The notes: generated from the letters alone by a model not told the origin. 64,000 nt of DNA from Chitinophaga pinensis (GCA_943367715.1 CALRJY020000029.1:41-64040), one strand, 5' to 3'; positions 10,201 through 19,668 are shown, counted from the stretch's first letter. Numbers and translations: made by a program.

Positions 10201-11026
10201 CACCGGCGAGCAACTCAGTCCTTTTCCCAACTACCCGGTGTGGCGTGAATCCATGATCCACTCATCGACGAACCGGGTGCTCGGCATTCTGGTGGCCGAA
10301 CGGGCCGCCGCCATCTACGACTATGTCACGGGTTCCATGACCGGGCCGCTGCTGAAACATTCGGACGTGATTACCAGTTGCAATTTCAGCCCCGACGGCC
10401 GCTACGCCATCACCACCTCCAGTGATAACACCGCCAACCTCTGGGACACGGCGACGTCACTGCCCCTCACGGGTCCGTTGCGGCACGATGGCGCGGTGTA
10501 CTTCGGAGCGTTTGCTCCGGATAACCAGCAGGCCGTCACCGCCTCCAAGGATAAAACGGCCCGGCTTTGGCGCATCGCTCCTGGTGTCTCCCTCACTCGC
10601 ACACTCCTTCATGAGGCCGGCGTACGTTATGCTGAATTTAGCCAGGACGGAGCGCGATTGCTGACCGTAGCCAGCGACTTCACCGTGCATCTCTGGGATG
10701 TGCGTCTGGGCCGGCGTCTGGCCGACCCGCTGCAGTTCAAGACCGCCGTGGTTTCCGCCCATTTCTCGCCTGACGGCCAGACCATTTTCGCCGCCAGCGA
10801 AGATGGTGACGCACGTCTTTGGTCAGTCCCCGCTCTTCCGCTCCCTGCCCCGGCGTGGCTGGCCGATGTGGCCGAGCAAATCGGCGGCTCGCGGATTGAT
10901 CCCAAAGGCCTGAACCAGCCAGCCCTTCGGCAGAACTTGTCCGAGTTGATCAACATCGCCCCCGGCACAGATCCCTACGCGCGGGAGATCAGGCGCTTGC
11001 TCCTTTCCGCTCCTGCCGCCAAATAA
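7271..11026 (+). CDS. membrane Ser/Thr protein kinase with N-terminal CxxC...CxxC motif and large C-terminal WD40/PD40 beta-propeller region
   Basis: 1251 aa. CRKCGVAL-X11-CARCLL; Hanks kinase motifs GGMGVVYKA, HRDLKPSNIL, DFGLAR, GTPNFIAPE. Single TM (LVAALSAAIILAVIGGIVGITF). Coiled-coil segment, then many FSPDG...WD-type repeats. Confidence 0.9.
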   Translation: MAVSAPSLRCRKCGVALSSSGTTGFCARCLLGGVMTPKPGTPPLTTVILPKVQDIRHPSPPITGRLGDYEIVGEVARGGMGVVYKALDTRTGRTVALKMILAESLGDISLKRFQSEASAAAALDHPNIVPIYEVGETGGQPFFTMKLIEGGNLSSRLTSFHKHLRKGVALLAKVARAVHHAHQRGVLHRDLKPSNILVNNEDEPFVTDFGLARRFDEQSNLTLTGTLIGTPNFIAPELLGNRRQSLTTASDIFSLGGILYNVLTGQPPFHSESLFELLHGVQHTEPQRPSLLNQQVDADLETICLKCLEKDPRNRYRSALELAEDLERWLGHETIVARRATPAERAVKWARRRPLVAALSAAIILAVIGGIVGITFQWQEAEHARKIAEDNRQAEKLAKEDAERQRAKAEEALSDTAAMLTDSELEKADALLAAGDSGGGLSYLARVLRRQPGNLVASGRIMSFLRQRSVALPEILSSANQSMVLDAALSQDGNCLVTAIDKPGNNIQITHFDASARLRTATHAFDTLATTAGKGSGPFFGKGVVRTKAQANTPEGDGFRLGNPTAARPRLPIIAGFFSISFSPDDKRIVSAANSGTVQVWDAFTGAAVTPVLQTGSPVVSAALTTGGRSVAAVSRMGRMQVWNLATGEVTQDVKLLSLIISATFSPDASHVLLIRVPGIAQIWDVRTGKVVTTLEHEGLANHTAWSSDGQVVALAAESEVNVWRLDQGSGSASRMKHPLPVATLVLNADGSKLVTGSDDQFARVWDTRTGEQLVPPLEHADAVRFITFSADGRKIATISQGNAIRVFDTLTGRPVCEPMQLRSPGVFAQFTPGGRALIVLCSDSTISRHTFVSPPPPIVALTDAGRVRSASFSPDGRMLLTASANGRAQLWDVTSGRSIRTLDHDSPLVSAAMNADGSQIVTAGTDQMVRLWETRSGRLLGQSLHESNRIFSVRFRSDEQVAISTVSGLGTVWKPRTGEQLSPFPNYPVWRESMIHSSTNRVLGILVAERAAAIYDYVTGSMTGPLLKHSDVITSCNFSPDGRYAITTSSDNTANLWDTATSLPLTGPLRHDGAVYFGAFAPDNQQAVTASKDKTARLWRIAPGVSLTRTLLHEAGVRYAEFSQDGARLLTVASDFTVHLWDVRLGRRLADPLQFKTAVVSAHFSPDGQTIFAASEDGDARLWSVPALPLPAPAWLADVAEQIGGSRIDPKGLNQPALRQNLSELINIAPGTDPYAREIRRLLLSAPAAK

Positions 11027-11162
11027 CTCAGTCCCCTAAGGCCGCTTCCGTCCTGTTCACCCTCTCGATTTCGGCTTTCTGAAAAATATTTATTTCGCCG
11101 CGAAACCTTTCGGGAATTTTCCGTTAGTAGCCGGTGAAGCCCCACCATGTCGGTGCGGCTGG

Positions 11163-14100
11163 ATGACACATATCATGCAAAACCGGCCTCTGGCATTTGT
11201 ACGCTTACTGCTCGTATTGGCGTTTGCTTTTTTCACGAGCATGGGCTTCGCCCAGACTCCTGTCACCGCCTTCACTTATCAGGGGCGCCTCACTGATAAT
11301 GGCCTGCCTGCCAACGGCACGTATGAATTCCGTTTCACCCTCTATAATGCCCTCACGGTTGGTGCCCAGATCGGCAATGTGGTTACTGCCGCGCCCGTCA
11401 CGGTGACCGATGGCGTCTTTACCCTGCCGCTTGATTTTGGGGCGAGCGCCTTTGATGGCCAGGGCCGCTGGCTGGAGATCGGCGTACGCACCAATGGCGC
11501 TACCGGCTCACACTCAGTGCTGAATCCGCGTCAGGCCATCACCGCTGCCCCCTTCGCACTCTATGCCCTGAACGGAACGCCTGGTCCCACTGGACCTCAG
11601 GGACCTCAAGGTTTGCCAGGCATCCAAGGATTTGTCGGCCCGCAGGGACCTACTGGGTTGCAAGGTCTGGCGGGGCCGACGGGGAACCCCGGCGAGCAGG
11701 GTCCGGCTGGCTCTGTTGGTCCGCAAGGACCGCAGGGCCAGACCGGCGCCACGGGGTCTCAAGGTATTCAAGGCGTGCAAGGGCTCACGGGGCTTCAAGG
11801 ACCCAAAGGTCTCCGTTGGCTAGGCGCTTGGGATCTGGCCACAGTCTATCTCATGGATGATGCCATTCTCTATCAAGGCTCCGCGTGGTTTGCCAAACGC
11901 ATCAACCTCAATGTCCTGCCCGTCGAAGGTGATGACTGGACGCTGCTGGCCAGCAAAGGCACCGATGGCCCGGCTGGTCCCACAGGAGAAGCGGGTCCCC
12001 AAGGTGTCATGGGACCGCAAGGTCCGGCCGGTCAGCAAGGCATTCAAGGTATCCAAGGCATCACCGGAACCACGGGTTCCCAAGGACCGGCCGGCCTCAA
12101 AGGCGTGAACTGGCTCGGCCCTTGGAATTCCGCCACCGCTTACACCACCGATGCCGCCGTCTTCTTCAATGGCTCCGCCTGGATCGCCAAACGCGCCAAC
12201 CTCAATGTCTCTCCCGCCGAAAGTGCGGACTGGACCCTGCTCGCGCAGAAGGGCGATACCGGATTGCAAGGCATTCAGGGCCTTCAAGGTATCCAAGGGT
12301 TGATCGGCCCACAGGGCCCCATCGGACCGATGGGCAATCCCGGCGCGACGGGCTCCACCGGACCCCAAGGCCCCGCTGGCCCGCAAGGCATACGCGGCCT
12401 GCTCTTCCGTGGTGCGTGGGCTTCGGTCACGACTTACGCCGCATACGATGTCACCACCTACAACGGCTCCGCCTGGATCGCCCTGCAAGGTAATCAGAAC
12501 ATCGCTCCCGTCGAAGGCGTGAACTGGACGACCCTCGCCCAGAAAGGCGAACCCGGCGAAGGCTCCAGCAGCATAGGTCCTACGGGCCCGCAAGGTCCGG
12601 CGGGGATGACCTTCCGCAGCGCGTGGAACAGTGCCACCGCTTATGTGGCCAATGACGCCGTGTCCTACAACGGTTCCGCTTGGCTCGCCAAACGACCCAA
12701 CATCGCCATCATCCCCTTGGAAGGCAACGACTGGACCCTCCTCTCTGCGAAAGGCGATGCCGGTACTCAAGGCCCGCAAGGTCTCGCCGGTGCTGCGGGT
12801 GCGCAAGGCCCCATGGGCTTGCAAGGTGTTCAAGGTCCGGCAGGTCCACAGGGATTGCCCGGCACCACCACGGCGGATGGTCTCACCAGCGGCACCTTGG
12901 CAGATGTCCGGCTCAGCGCGAATGTGCCGCTGATGAATGGCGTGAATATTTTCTCTGCCGCCAACCGCTTCAGCGGCGCCGTGGAGATCACCAATGCCAA
13001 TAACATCCTGAACGGCACCTTCACCGGCAACGGCGCGGGCCTGACCAATCTGCCTGGCCAATGGACCGTTGTGGCTGGCACCCAGCAGACCGCCGTTCCC
13101 AACCGCTCGTATGTGCTGACCAACTCGGCCCTGTCCACGGTGAACCTGCCCACCTCGGCGAAGGTGGGCGATACTGTTACTCTTTCCGGCACGGGCGCAA
13201 ACGGATGGCGGGCTGTCACTATCTCGTCCAGCCCGGGAGAAGTATGGGTGCCCCGAGACAGCGATCGCCCTTGGTACTCCATCGCCTCCTCTGCGGATGG
13301 TTCCAAACTTGTGGCCGCAGCCTTTTTTGATCAGATTTACGTCTCCACCGATTCCGGCGTGACTTGGCAGGCCAAAGATACCGCCAGACAGTGGGAATCG
13401 GTTGCCTCCTCCGCCGATGGCACCAAGCTCGTCGCCGTAGTCCTTGACGGTTTTATTTACACTTCCGCCGATTCCGGCGAGTCTTGGCAGCCCAAAAGCA
13501 GTTTCCGTGGTTGGAGATCAGTCGCCTCCTCTGCGGACGGCACCAAACTCGTCGCCGTAGTCCAGGACGGTCAGATTTACACTTCCACCGATTCCGGCGA
13601 GTCTTGGCAGCCCAAAGACAGCATCCGAGGTTGGCGCTCAGTCGCCTCCTCCGCCGATGGCTCCAAACTCGTGGCCGGTGTTTATGGCGGTCAGATTTAT
13701 ATCTCCACCGATTCCGGCGTGACTTGGCAGGCCAAAGACAGCCCGCGAAACTGGATATCAATCGCCTCCTCTGCGGATGGCACCAAACTCGTCGCCGTGG
13801 TCAATGGCGGTCAGATTTATATCTCCAGCGATTCCGGCGTGACTTGGCAGGCCAAAGACAGCCCGCGAAACTGGTGGTCAGTCGCCTCCTCCGCCGATGG
13901 CTCCAAACTCGTCGCCGTGGTCAATGGCGGTCAAATCTATATCTCCACGGATTTCGGCGAGACTTGGCAGCCCAGAGACAGCACACGGTCTTGGCGGTCA
14001 GCCGCCTCTTCCGCCGATGGCTCCAAACTTGTCGCCGGGGAAATTTATGGCCGGATTTACACATCGATTCCGGAGACCGTGATTTCGACCGGCGGGCCCG

Positions 14101-17100
14101 GAAATTCCAGCACCTTGCAGTATCAGGGCGGTGGCCTCTGGCAACCGCTGAAAGAAGCTCAACTTGCCGGGGATGGCTTTCAACTGACCCGCTTGAACGC
14201 CACGAATCTCGTCGGTCAGATTCCAACCGCCTCGCTTTCCGGCACCTATACTGGTGCCGTCACGTTCAGCAATTCCGCCAATTCGTTCACTGGCAACGGA
14301 GCCGGACTGACGAACTTGAACGCAACGAACCTTGCCAGCGGCACCGTCAATGACGCCCGCTTGTCCACCAATATCGCCCGCCTCAATGCCACAAATATTT
14401 TCACCGGCACCAACCGTTTCAGCGGCGCCGTGATCCTTACCAACGCGGCTAACACGATTGCCGGTAACGGCTTCGCTCTGACCAGTCTCAACGCCACCAA
14501 CCTCACCGGCACCATCCATGACTTGCGCCTTTCCCCCAATGTGGCGTTGCGCGATGCGGCTAATGTCTTGAGTGGAGCCAACCGTTTCAGCGGCACCGTG
14601 ATTCTCACCAACGCGGCTAACACCATTGCGGGTAACGGCTTCGCCCTGACCAGTCTCAATACCACCAACCTCACGGGCACCATCCATGACCTGCGCCTGT
14701 CCGCCAATGTGGCCTTGCGGAATGCGAACAATGTTTTCACCGGTGCCAACCAGATCAACGGCACCTTCACCGGTAACGGTGCCGGGCTGACCAATCTGCC
14801 AGGTCAGTGGACTGTCGTAGCCGGAACCCAACAGACCGCCGAACCCAATCGTTCTTATCTGTTGACCAATGCCACATCCACTACCGTCATTTTGCCGGCC
14901 TCCGCCCAAGTTGGCGATGTCGTTACCGTGGCTGGCAGCGGGTTGGGTGGCTGGACCGTTCAGGCAAATACCACCCGTAGTCCTTGGGTTGAGCAGTCCA
15001 ATTATCGGAACTGGCAGAGCGTGGCCGCTTCCGCCGATGGCTCGAAATTGGTTGCCGGTGCCCAAGATGGTCTCTTCATCTCAGTTGATGGTGGCCACAC
15101 GTGGGCCGGAAAAAATCCCGGAGGTGCTGGTGGCGCTATCAAGAGCGTCGCCATTTCTGCGGATGGGAATATCTTGCTCGTCGCAGACTCCAGTCAAATC
15201 CATTCGTCTCGCGATGGTGGGGCGACGTGGTTGACACCGGAAGGAGGGGCTACCTGGAAATCTGTGGCCATGTCATCCGATGGCAGCAAGATGATAGCCC
15301 TGGCGGGCAACGGCACTTGGTTTTCCACGGATTCTGGAGTGACTTGGGAACTCAGTCGCAGCAATGCACCAGCGGGCGAGGATGTGGCCATGTCGAGCGA
15401 TGGCAGCCACATCGCCGTGGCGACCGGAGGAAACTACGTTATTACCTCGGTGGATTTTGGTTATACCTGGACCGCTCGCTTGGTGAATGCGGAGTCTCTT
15501 GCCATCGCTTCCTCTGCTGACGGAACCAAACTGGTGACAGCAGGTTCCAGTGGCATTTTTATCTCCACCAATGCCGGGGCGACTTGGACACAGAGGTTAA
15601 ATTTAAGCGTTGCTTGGAAAAGTGTCGCCTCCTCAGCCAACGGCACCAAACTGGTAGCCGTACATAACGGAGGCAAGATTTATACATCCAACGATTCCGG
15701 ACTTACTTGGATCGCCGAGGAAACGGTTCGTCTCTGGTCCGACTGCGCTATGAGCGCCGATGGCAACCGTCTGTTTGCGGTGGTGGCTGATACTGGCGGG
15801 GCCATCTGCATTTCAGCGATCGATGGCGCCTCCTTCAGCGGTGCGGCGGGCGGCTCCATCCGGCTGCAGAACGTCGGGGCTGGGCTTTGGCAGGCTGTGG
15901 GAGAAACGCAAGTGGCTCCAGGCTCCGTGGGGAATGCGCAGATCACCAGTCTGGATGCCGCCAAGCTCACGGGCATTGTCCCGGACTCACGGCTTACGGC
16001 CAATGTGGCGCTGCGCAATGCCGATAATATCTTCAGCAGTTCAAACCGGTTCAGCGGAGCAGTAACGATCACCAATGCCGATAACCTCGTCAACGGCACC
16101 TTCACCGGCAACGGTGCGGGCCTGACTGGTTTGAACGCTGCCAATCTTACGACTGGAATCCTTGCCGATGCCCGCTTGTCCGCCAATGTCTCCCGGCTCG
16201 ACGGCACGAACGTCTTCACCGGCACCAACCGTTTTAGCGGGGCAGTAACGATCACCAATGCCAATAATCTCGTCAACGGCACCTTCACCGGCAACGGAGC
16301 GGGCCTGACTGGTATGAACGCTGCCAATCTTACGACCGGAAGCCTGGCCGATGCCCGCTTGTCCGCCAATGTCTCCCGGCTCGATGGCACGAACGTCTTC
16401 ACAGGCACCAATCGTTTCAGCGGGGCAGTGACGATCACCAATGCCAATAACATCGTCAACGGCACCTTCACTGGCGATGGCGCGGGCCTCACCAACCTTC
16501 CGGGCCAACAATGGCTCACCGTGGCTGGCACCGCGCAAACAGCCCAGCCCAACCGTTCCTATGTGCTGACCAACTCAGCCCTGTCCACCGTGACCTTGCC
16601 CACCTCGGCCAACGTTGGCGATACCGTCAGTGTTTTCGGCACTGGCACGGGTGGCTGGCGGGCGTTGGCATCAGGCAGCACTAGCTGGACAACCCGGGAG
16701 AGCAGCCGTAATTGGCAGGCACTTGCTTCTTCTGCTGATGGCAACAAACTTGTCGCGGGAGTTTCAAACGGCCAAATCTATACCTCAACGGATGCCGGTG
16801 TGACCTGGACGCCCAGAGACAGCGACCGCGATTGGCGCACCGTCGCTTCTTCCGCCGATGGCTCCAAGCTTGTCGCCGCGGTCAATGGCGGCCTGATTTA
16901 TACTTCCACCGATTCCGGTGCGACTTGGACTCCCAGAGAGAGCAACAAGAATTGGTGGTCGGTCGCCTCATCCGCTGACGGCACCAAACTCGCGGCCGCC
17001 GTGCAAGGTGGCCAGATTTACACCTCAATCGATTCGGGGATCACTTGGACACCTAGAGAGAGCAATAGAACTTGGAATTCGGTCGCCTCGTCCGCCGATG

Positions 17101-19127
17101 GTTCCAAGCTTGTCGCCGCTGTCAATGGCGGCCTGATCTATACTTCTACCGATTCGGGCACGACGTGGACCCCGAGTGGAAACAATGGATCTTGGCGTTC
17201 CGTCGCCTCCTCCACCGATGGGTCCAAACTCGTCGCTGCCGGTCCCGGCCTGATTTATACTTCGACCGATTCTGGGGTGACTTGGACGGCTCGTGACAGC
17301 AGCAGAAATTGGTGGGCGGTCACTTCCTCAGCCGATGGTGCCAAACTCGCCGCGGTAGTCCTTACCGGTCAGATCTACATTTCGACTGATTCCGGCGGGA
17401 CTTGGACACCGGTCGAAAGCACCCGCGAGTGGCGGGCAGTGGCCTCATCTGCGGACGGCTCCAAGCTGGCAGCCGCAGTCTTTGCCGGTCAGATTTACAC
17501 CTTATCAGGCTCCTTTGTCTGGACTGGTGGCCCGGGGACTTCCACGACGCTCCAATATCTGGGTAACGGAACTTGGCTGCCGTTGAAAGAATCCCAACTT
17601 GCCGGGGATGGTTCCCAATTGACCGGTTTGCCCGCCGCAAACCTCACTGGCACCGTTCCATCCGCTTCCTTGGGCGGCACCTATTCCAGTGCGGTCACGT
17701 TCAGCAGTTCCGGCAATTCATTCACTGGTAATGGCGCAGGATTGACCAGCCTGAACGCCACCAACCTCACCGGCTCGGTTCAGAGCGCAAATCTGGCCGG
17801 CACGTATGCTGGCACGGTGACCTTCAACAATGCCGCGAACAGCTTCACCGGCAGCAGTTTTTCGGGAGGCACTTTCTCTGGCACCACCTTTACCGGCACC
17901 GCTTTTACCGGCACCACCTTCACCGGCAACGGCGCCCTCCCGTGGTCGGTCGTTTCCGCCACATCGGTCACCGCATCTTCTGGTCGTGGTTACGTGCTCG
18001 CCAATGATACGATGAGCACCATCACCTTGCCGGCTTCACCCAATGTAGGCGAGATCGTCCGCATCACCGGCACCGGCACCAACGGTTACCTCATCGCCCA
18101 AAACGCTGGACAATCCATCCGCACGCGTTTCTTACCCACCTATGTGGTCGGCAACACCTGGACCGCGCGCGATTCCAGCCGCCTTTGGTCAGGCGTGGCT
18201 TCCTCTACTGATGGCACCAAACTGGTAGCCGTCGTGAACAATGGCCAGATCTACACCTCATCCAACTCCGGCTCCACCTGGACTGCTCGCGATTCAGTCC
18301 GTTTGTGGTCCGGCGTCGCTTCCTCCGCCTCCGGCACCAAACTGGTCGCGATCGTTACTGGTGGTCAGATCTACACCTCGTCCAATTCCGGTTCCACCTG
18401 GACCGCCCGTGACAGCGCCCGCGAATGGTTCGCCGTGGCCTCCTCTGCGGATGGCACCAAGCTGGTCGCCGCCGTGCGCAACGGCCTGATCTACACCTCC
18501 ACGGATTCCGGGGCCACTTGGACCGTCCGGAACGGCTCTGGCTCGCGCGACTGGCGTTGCATCGCCTCCTCTGCCGACGGCACCAAACTGGTGGCGGGCG
18601 TCAACAGCGGCCAGCTCTACACCTCCACGGACTCCGGGGTTACATGGACCGCCCGGGCGACCGCACTATCATGGCGTTCGATCGCCTCCTCGGAAGATGG
18701 TACCAAGCTCCTTGCGAGCGCCGGCAACCAGGTCTATCGCTCCGCCGATTCCGGGGTCACATGGACGCTGCATACCAGCGTCCAAGGTGATATCGTCACC
18801 ACCTCAGCTGATGGGTCCAAGCTCGTAGCCTACAGCAACAACGGCCAAGGTTATTTCTCCAGCAATTCCGGCGGCACCTGGATCAACCGCTCCGGTCCCG
18901 ATTTGGATTACCTCGTTTCCTCGGCGGACGGCTTGAAACTGTTGGGCGCGAAGGTTAGTGGCACCCTCCAGACGTCCACCTTGGAAAGCGTCACCTCACC
19001 CACCAGCACCACTACCGGCACCGGCGGTTACCTCATCGGCGACGCTGAATCCACCGTGGAACTCCAATACATTGGCAGCGGAAAATTCCTGCCGCTGAGC
19101 TTCCAAGGCGTCTTCTTCGTGAACTGA
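11163..19127 (+). CDS. giant secreted fibre-like protein: N-terminal beta domain, collagen-like Gly-X-Y tracts alternating with CBM5/12-like modules, tail-fibre-like repeats and four BNR/Asp-box beta-propellers
   Basis: 2654-aa ORF. Signal peptide ([23 protein letters not shown]). The [22 protein letters not shown]...RWLEIGVR domain is followed by 5 Gly-X-Y tracts and 4 'W..AT.Y...D.V.YNGSAW.AK....I.P......WTLL' modules. Repeats of the [26 protein letters not shown] type follow. About 28 'IYTS.DSG.TW..R.S...[13 protein letters not shown]' blades carry the SxDxGxTW Asp-box. Confidence 0.85.
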   Translation: MTHIMQNRPLAFVRLLLVLAFAFFTSMGFAQTPVTAFTYQGRLTDNGLPANGTYEFRFTLYNALTVGAQIGNVVTAAPVTVTDGVFTLPLDFGASAFDGQGRWLEIGVRTNGATGSHSVLNPRQAITAAPFALYALNGTPGPTGPQGPQGLPGIQGFVGPQGPTGLQGLAGPTGNPGEQGPAGSVGPQGPQGQTGATGSQGIQGVQGLTGLQGPKGLRWLGAWDLATVYLMDDAILYQGSAWFAKRINLNVLPVEGDDWTLLASKGTDGPAGPTGEAGPQGVMGPQGPAGQQGIQGIQGITGTTGSQGPAGLKGVNWLGPWNSATAYTTDAAVFFNGSAWIAKRANLNVSPAESADWTLLAQKGDTGLQGIQGLQGIQGLIGPQGPIGPMGNPGATGSTGPQGPAGPQGIRGLLFRGAWASVTTYAAYDVTTYNGSAWIALQGNQNIAPVEGVNWTTLAQKGEPGEGSSSIGPTGPQGPAGMTFRSAWNSATAYVANDAVSYNGSAWLAKRPNIAIIPLEGNDWTLLSAKGDAGTQGPQGLAGAAGAQGPMGLQGVQGPAGPQGLPGTTTADGLTSGTLADVRLSANVPLMNGVNIFSAANRFSGAVEITNANNILNGTFTGNGAGLTNLPGQWTVVAGTQQTAVPNRSYVLTNSALSTVNLPTSAKVGDTVTLSGTGANGWRAVTISSSPGEVWVPRDSDRPWYSIASSADGSKLVAAAFFDQIYVSTDSGVTWQAKDTARQWESVASSADGTKLVAVVLDGFIYTSADSGESWQPKSSFRGWRSVASSADGTKLVAVVQDGQIYTSTDSGESWQPKDSIRGWRSVASSADGSKLVAGVYGGQIYISTDSGVTWQAKDSPRNWISIASSADGTKLVAVVNGGQIYISSDSGVTWQAKDSPRNWWSVASSADGSKLVAVVNGGQIYISTDFGETWQPRDSTRSWRSAASSADGSKLVAGEIYGRIYTSIPETVISTGGPGNSSTLQYQGGGLWQPLKEAQLAGDGFQLTRLNATNLVGQIPTASLSGTYTGAVTFSNSANSFTGNGAGLTNLNATNLASGTVNDARLSTNIARLNATNIFTGTNRFSGAVILTNAANTIAGNGFALTSLNATNLTGTIHDLRLSPNVALRDAANVLSGANRFSGTVILTNAANTIAGNGFALTSLNTTNLTGTIHDLRLSANVALRNANNVFTGANQINGTFTGNGAGLTNLPGQWTVVAGTQQTAEPNRSYLLTNATSTTVILPASAQVGDVVTVAGSGLGGWTVQANTTRSPWVEQSNYRNWQSVAASADGSKLVAGAQDGLFISVDGGHTWAGKNPGGAGGAIKSVAISADGNILLVADSSQIHSSRDGGATWLTPEGGATWKSVAMSSDGSKMIALAGNGTWFSTDSGVTWELSRSNAPAGEDVAMSSDGSHIAVATGGNYVITSVDFGYTWTARLVNAESLAIASSADGTKLVTAGSSGIFISTNAGATWTQRLNLSVAWKSVASSANGTKLVAVHNGGKIYTSNDSGLTWIAEETVRLWSDCAMSADGNRLFAVVADTGGAICISAIDGASFSGAAGGSIRLQNVGAGLWQAVGETQVAPGSVGNAQITSLDAAKLTGIVPDSRLTANVALRNADNIFSSSNRFSGAVTITNADNLVNGTFTGNGAGLTGLNAANLTTGILADARLSANVSRLDGTNVFTGTNRFSGAVTITNANNLVNGTFTGNGAGLTGMNAANLTTGSLADARLSANVSRLDGTNVFTGTNRFSGAVTITNANNIVNGTFTGDGAGLTNLPGQQWLTVAGTAQTAQPNRSYVLTNSALSTVTLPTSANVGDTVSVFGTGTGGWRALASGSTSWTTRESSRNWQALASSADGNKLVAGVSNGQIYTSTDAGVTWTPRDSDRDWRTVASSADGSKLVAAVNGGLIYTSTDSGATWTPRESNKNWWSVASSADGTKLAAAVQGGQIYTSIDSGITWTPRESNRTWNSVASSADGSKLVAAVNGGLIYTSTDSGTTWTPSGNNGSWRSVASSTDGSKLVAAGPGLIYTSTDSGVTWTARDSSRNWWAVTSSADGAKLAAVVLTGQIYISTDSGGTWTPVESTREWRAVASSADGSKLAAAVFAGQIYTLSGSFVWTGGPGTSTTLQYLGNGTWLPLKESQLAGDGSQLTGLPAANLTGTVPSASLGGTYSSAVTFSSSGNSFTGNGAGLTSLNATNLTGSVQSANLAGTYAGTVTFNNAANSFTGSSFSGGTFSGTTFTGTAFTGTTFTGNGALPWSVVSATSVTASSGRGYVLANDTMSTITLPASPNVGEIVRITGTGTNGYLIAQNAGQSIRTRFLPTYVVGNTWTARDSSRLWSGVASSTDGTKLVAVVNNGQIYTSSNSGSTWTARDSVRLWSGVASSASGTKLVAIVTGGQIYTSSNSGSTWTARDSAREWFAVASSADGTKLVAAVRNGLIYTSTDSGATWTVRNGSGSRDWRCIASSADGTKLVAGVNSGQLYTSTDSGVTWTARATALSWRSIASSEDGTKLLASAGNQVYRSADSGVTWTLHTSVQGDIVTTSADGSKLVAYSNNGQGYFSSNSGGTWINRSGPDLDYLVSSADGLKLLGAKVSGTLQTSTLESVTSPTSTTTGTGGYLIGDAESTVELQYIGSGKFLPLSFQGVFFVN
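11574..12866 (+). repeat. collagen-like (Gly-X-Y)n tracts interleaved with four CBM5/12-like modules (coding)
   Basis: aa 138-568 of the giant ORF. The first tract has about 26 uninterrupted GXY triplets ([19 protein letters not shown]...GLQGPKG). Confidence 0.8.
13245..14057 (+). repeat. BNR/Asp-box propeller 1, 120-bp (40-aa) in-frame tandem repeats, about 7 copies
   Basis: Successive 120-bp units (e.g. 13681-13800 vs 13801-13920) are about 90% or more identical at DNA level by eye. Analogous propeller blocks lie at about 14985-15812, 16680-17507 and 18150-18962. Confidence 0.8.
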
Positions 19128-19136
19128 GATAACGTC

Positions 19137-19613
19137 ATGAAAATCACTCTGTTTAAACAGCACGGTCTCATTTCCTGGCTTGGGGTCATCCTGTTCCTGC
19201 TCTTGGCATCAGCCGCCCAAGCTCAGTCTTATGCCATCGATAATCCCACCATCAGCAATGGCGGCGGCACCAGCAGCAACAGCCAATACACCCTGAGCGG
19301 CACCATCGGCCAACCTGCGAGCGACTCCGCGAACAGCAGCGGATACGGCCTCGCCACCGGTTTCTGGAGCGCCGTCATCCCGCTGAACACGCCCGATGCC
19401 CCTTTGCTCACCATCACTAGAATCGGCGGCAACATCATGCTCTCCTGGTCCGCATCCGCTGGAGTTTTCAAACTCGAAGAGACCACCGACCTAAACGCAC
19501 CAATCATCTGGACATTATCCAAAGCCACCATCGTGACCGAAAACGAAGTCAGCACCGCCACCCTGCCAAACAACGGTGGCCTGCGTTTCTTCCGCCTGTC
19601 CCAGACCAAGTAA
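19137..19613 (+). CDS. small secreted protein co-transcribed with the giant gene
   Basis: 158 aa, starting 9 nt after the giant ORF stop. Signal peptide (WLGVILFLLLASAAQAQS). GGGTSSNSQYTLSGTIGQP...GYGLATGFWS motif. C-terminal beta domain ends GGLRFFRLSQ. No family name recalled. Confidence 0.6.
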   Translation: MKITLFKQHGLISWLGVILFLLLASAAQAQSYAIDNPTISNGGGTSSNSQYTLSGTIGQPASDSANSSGYGLATGFWSAVIPLNTPDAPLLTITRIGGNIMLSWSASAGVFKLEETTDLNAPIIWTLSKATIVTENEVSTATLPNNGGLRFFRLSQTK

Positions 19614-19640
19614 GACCATTAAAGGACAATTAAATTCATC

Positions 19641-19668
19641 GCAAGATTCTGACACAGAACGTTTAGCA
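19641..19668. repeat. cassette-tail motif, copy 1 (gcaagattctgacacagaacgtttagca)
   Basis: 25/28 identical to 35287..35314. Contains the small palindrome ttctg-N3-cagaa. Abuts the head repeat copy B. Confidence 0.6.

Noticed and set aside
13290-14060. Regular 120-bp periodicity that could superficially suggest a CRISPR-like or satellite array
   Set aside because: The units are contiguous with no unique spacers and lie in-frame within one ORF. They encode 40-aa Asp-box propeller blades, so they are coding repeats, not CRISPR.
11820-16552. Long minus-strand ORFs (11820..13061, 13998..15065, 15680..16552 and others) inside the giant fibre gene
   Set aside because: These are antisense shadows of the collagen/BNR coding repeats. 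The + strand frame carries coherent domain motifs across 8 kb; the antisense frames are low-complexity Arg/Gly/Ala strings.
11163-19613. Prophage or tail-fibre interpretation of the collagen/CBM/tail-fibre-like gene
   Set aside because: No capsid, terminase, portal, baseplate, tape-measure, lysis or integrase genes lie anywhere in the window. The gene sits behind a sigma/kinase pair, so a cellular surface fibre is more consistent. Phage ancestry of individual modules cannot be excluded.
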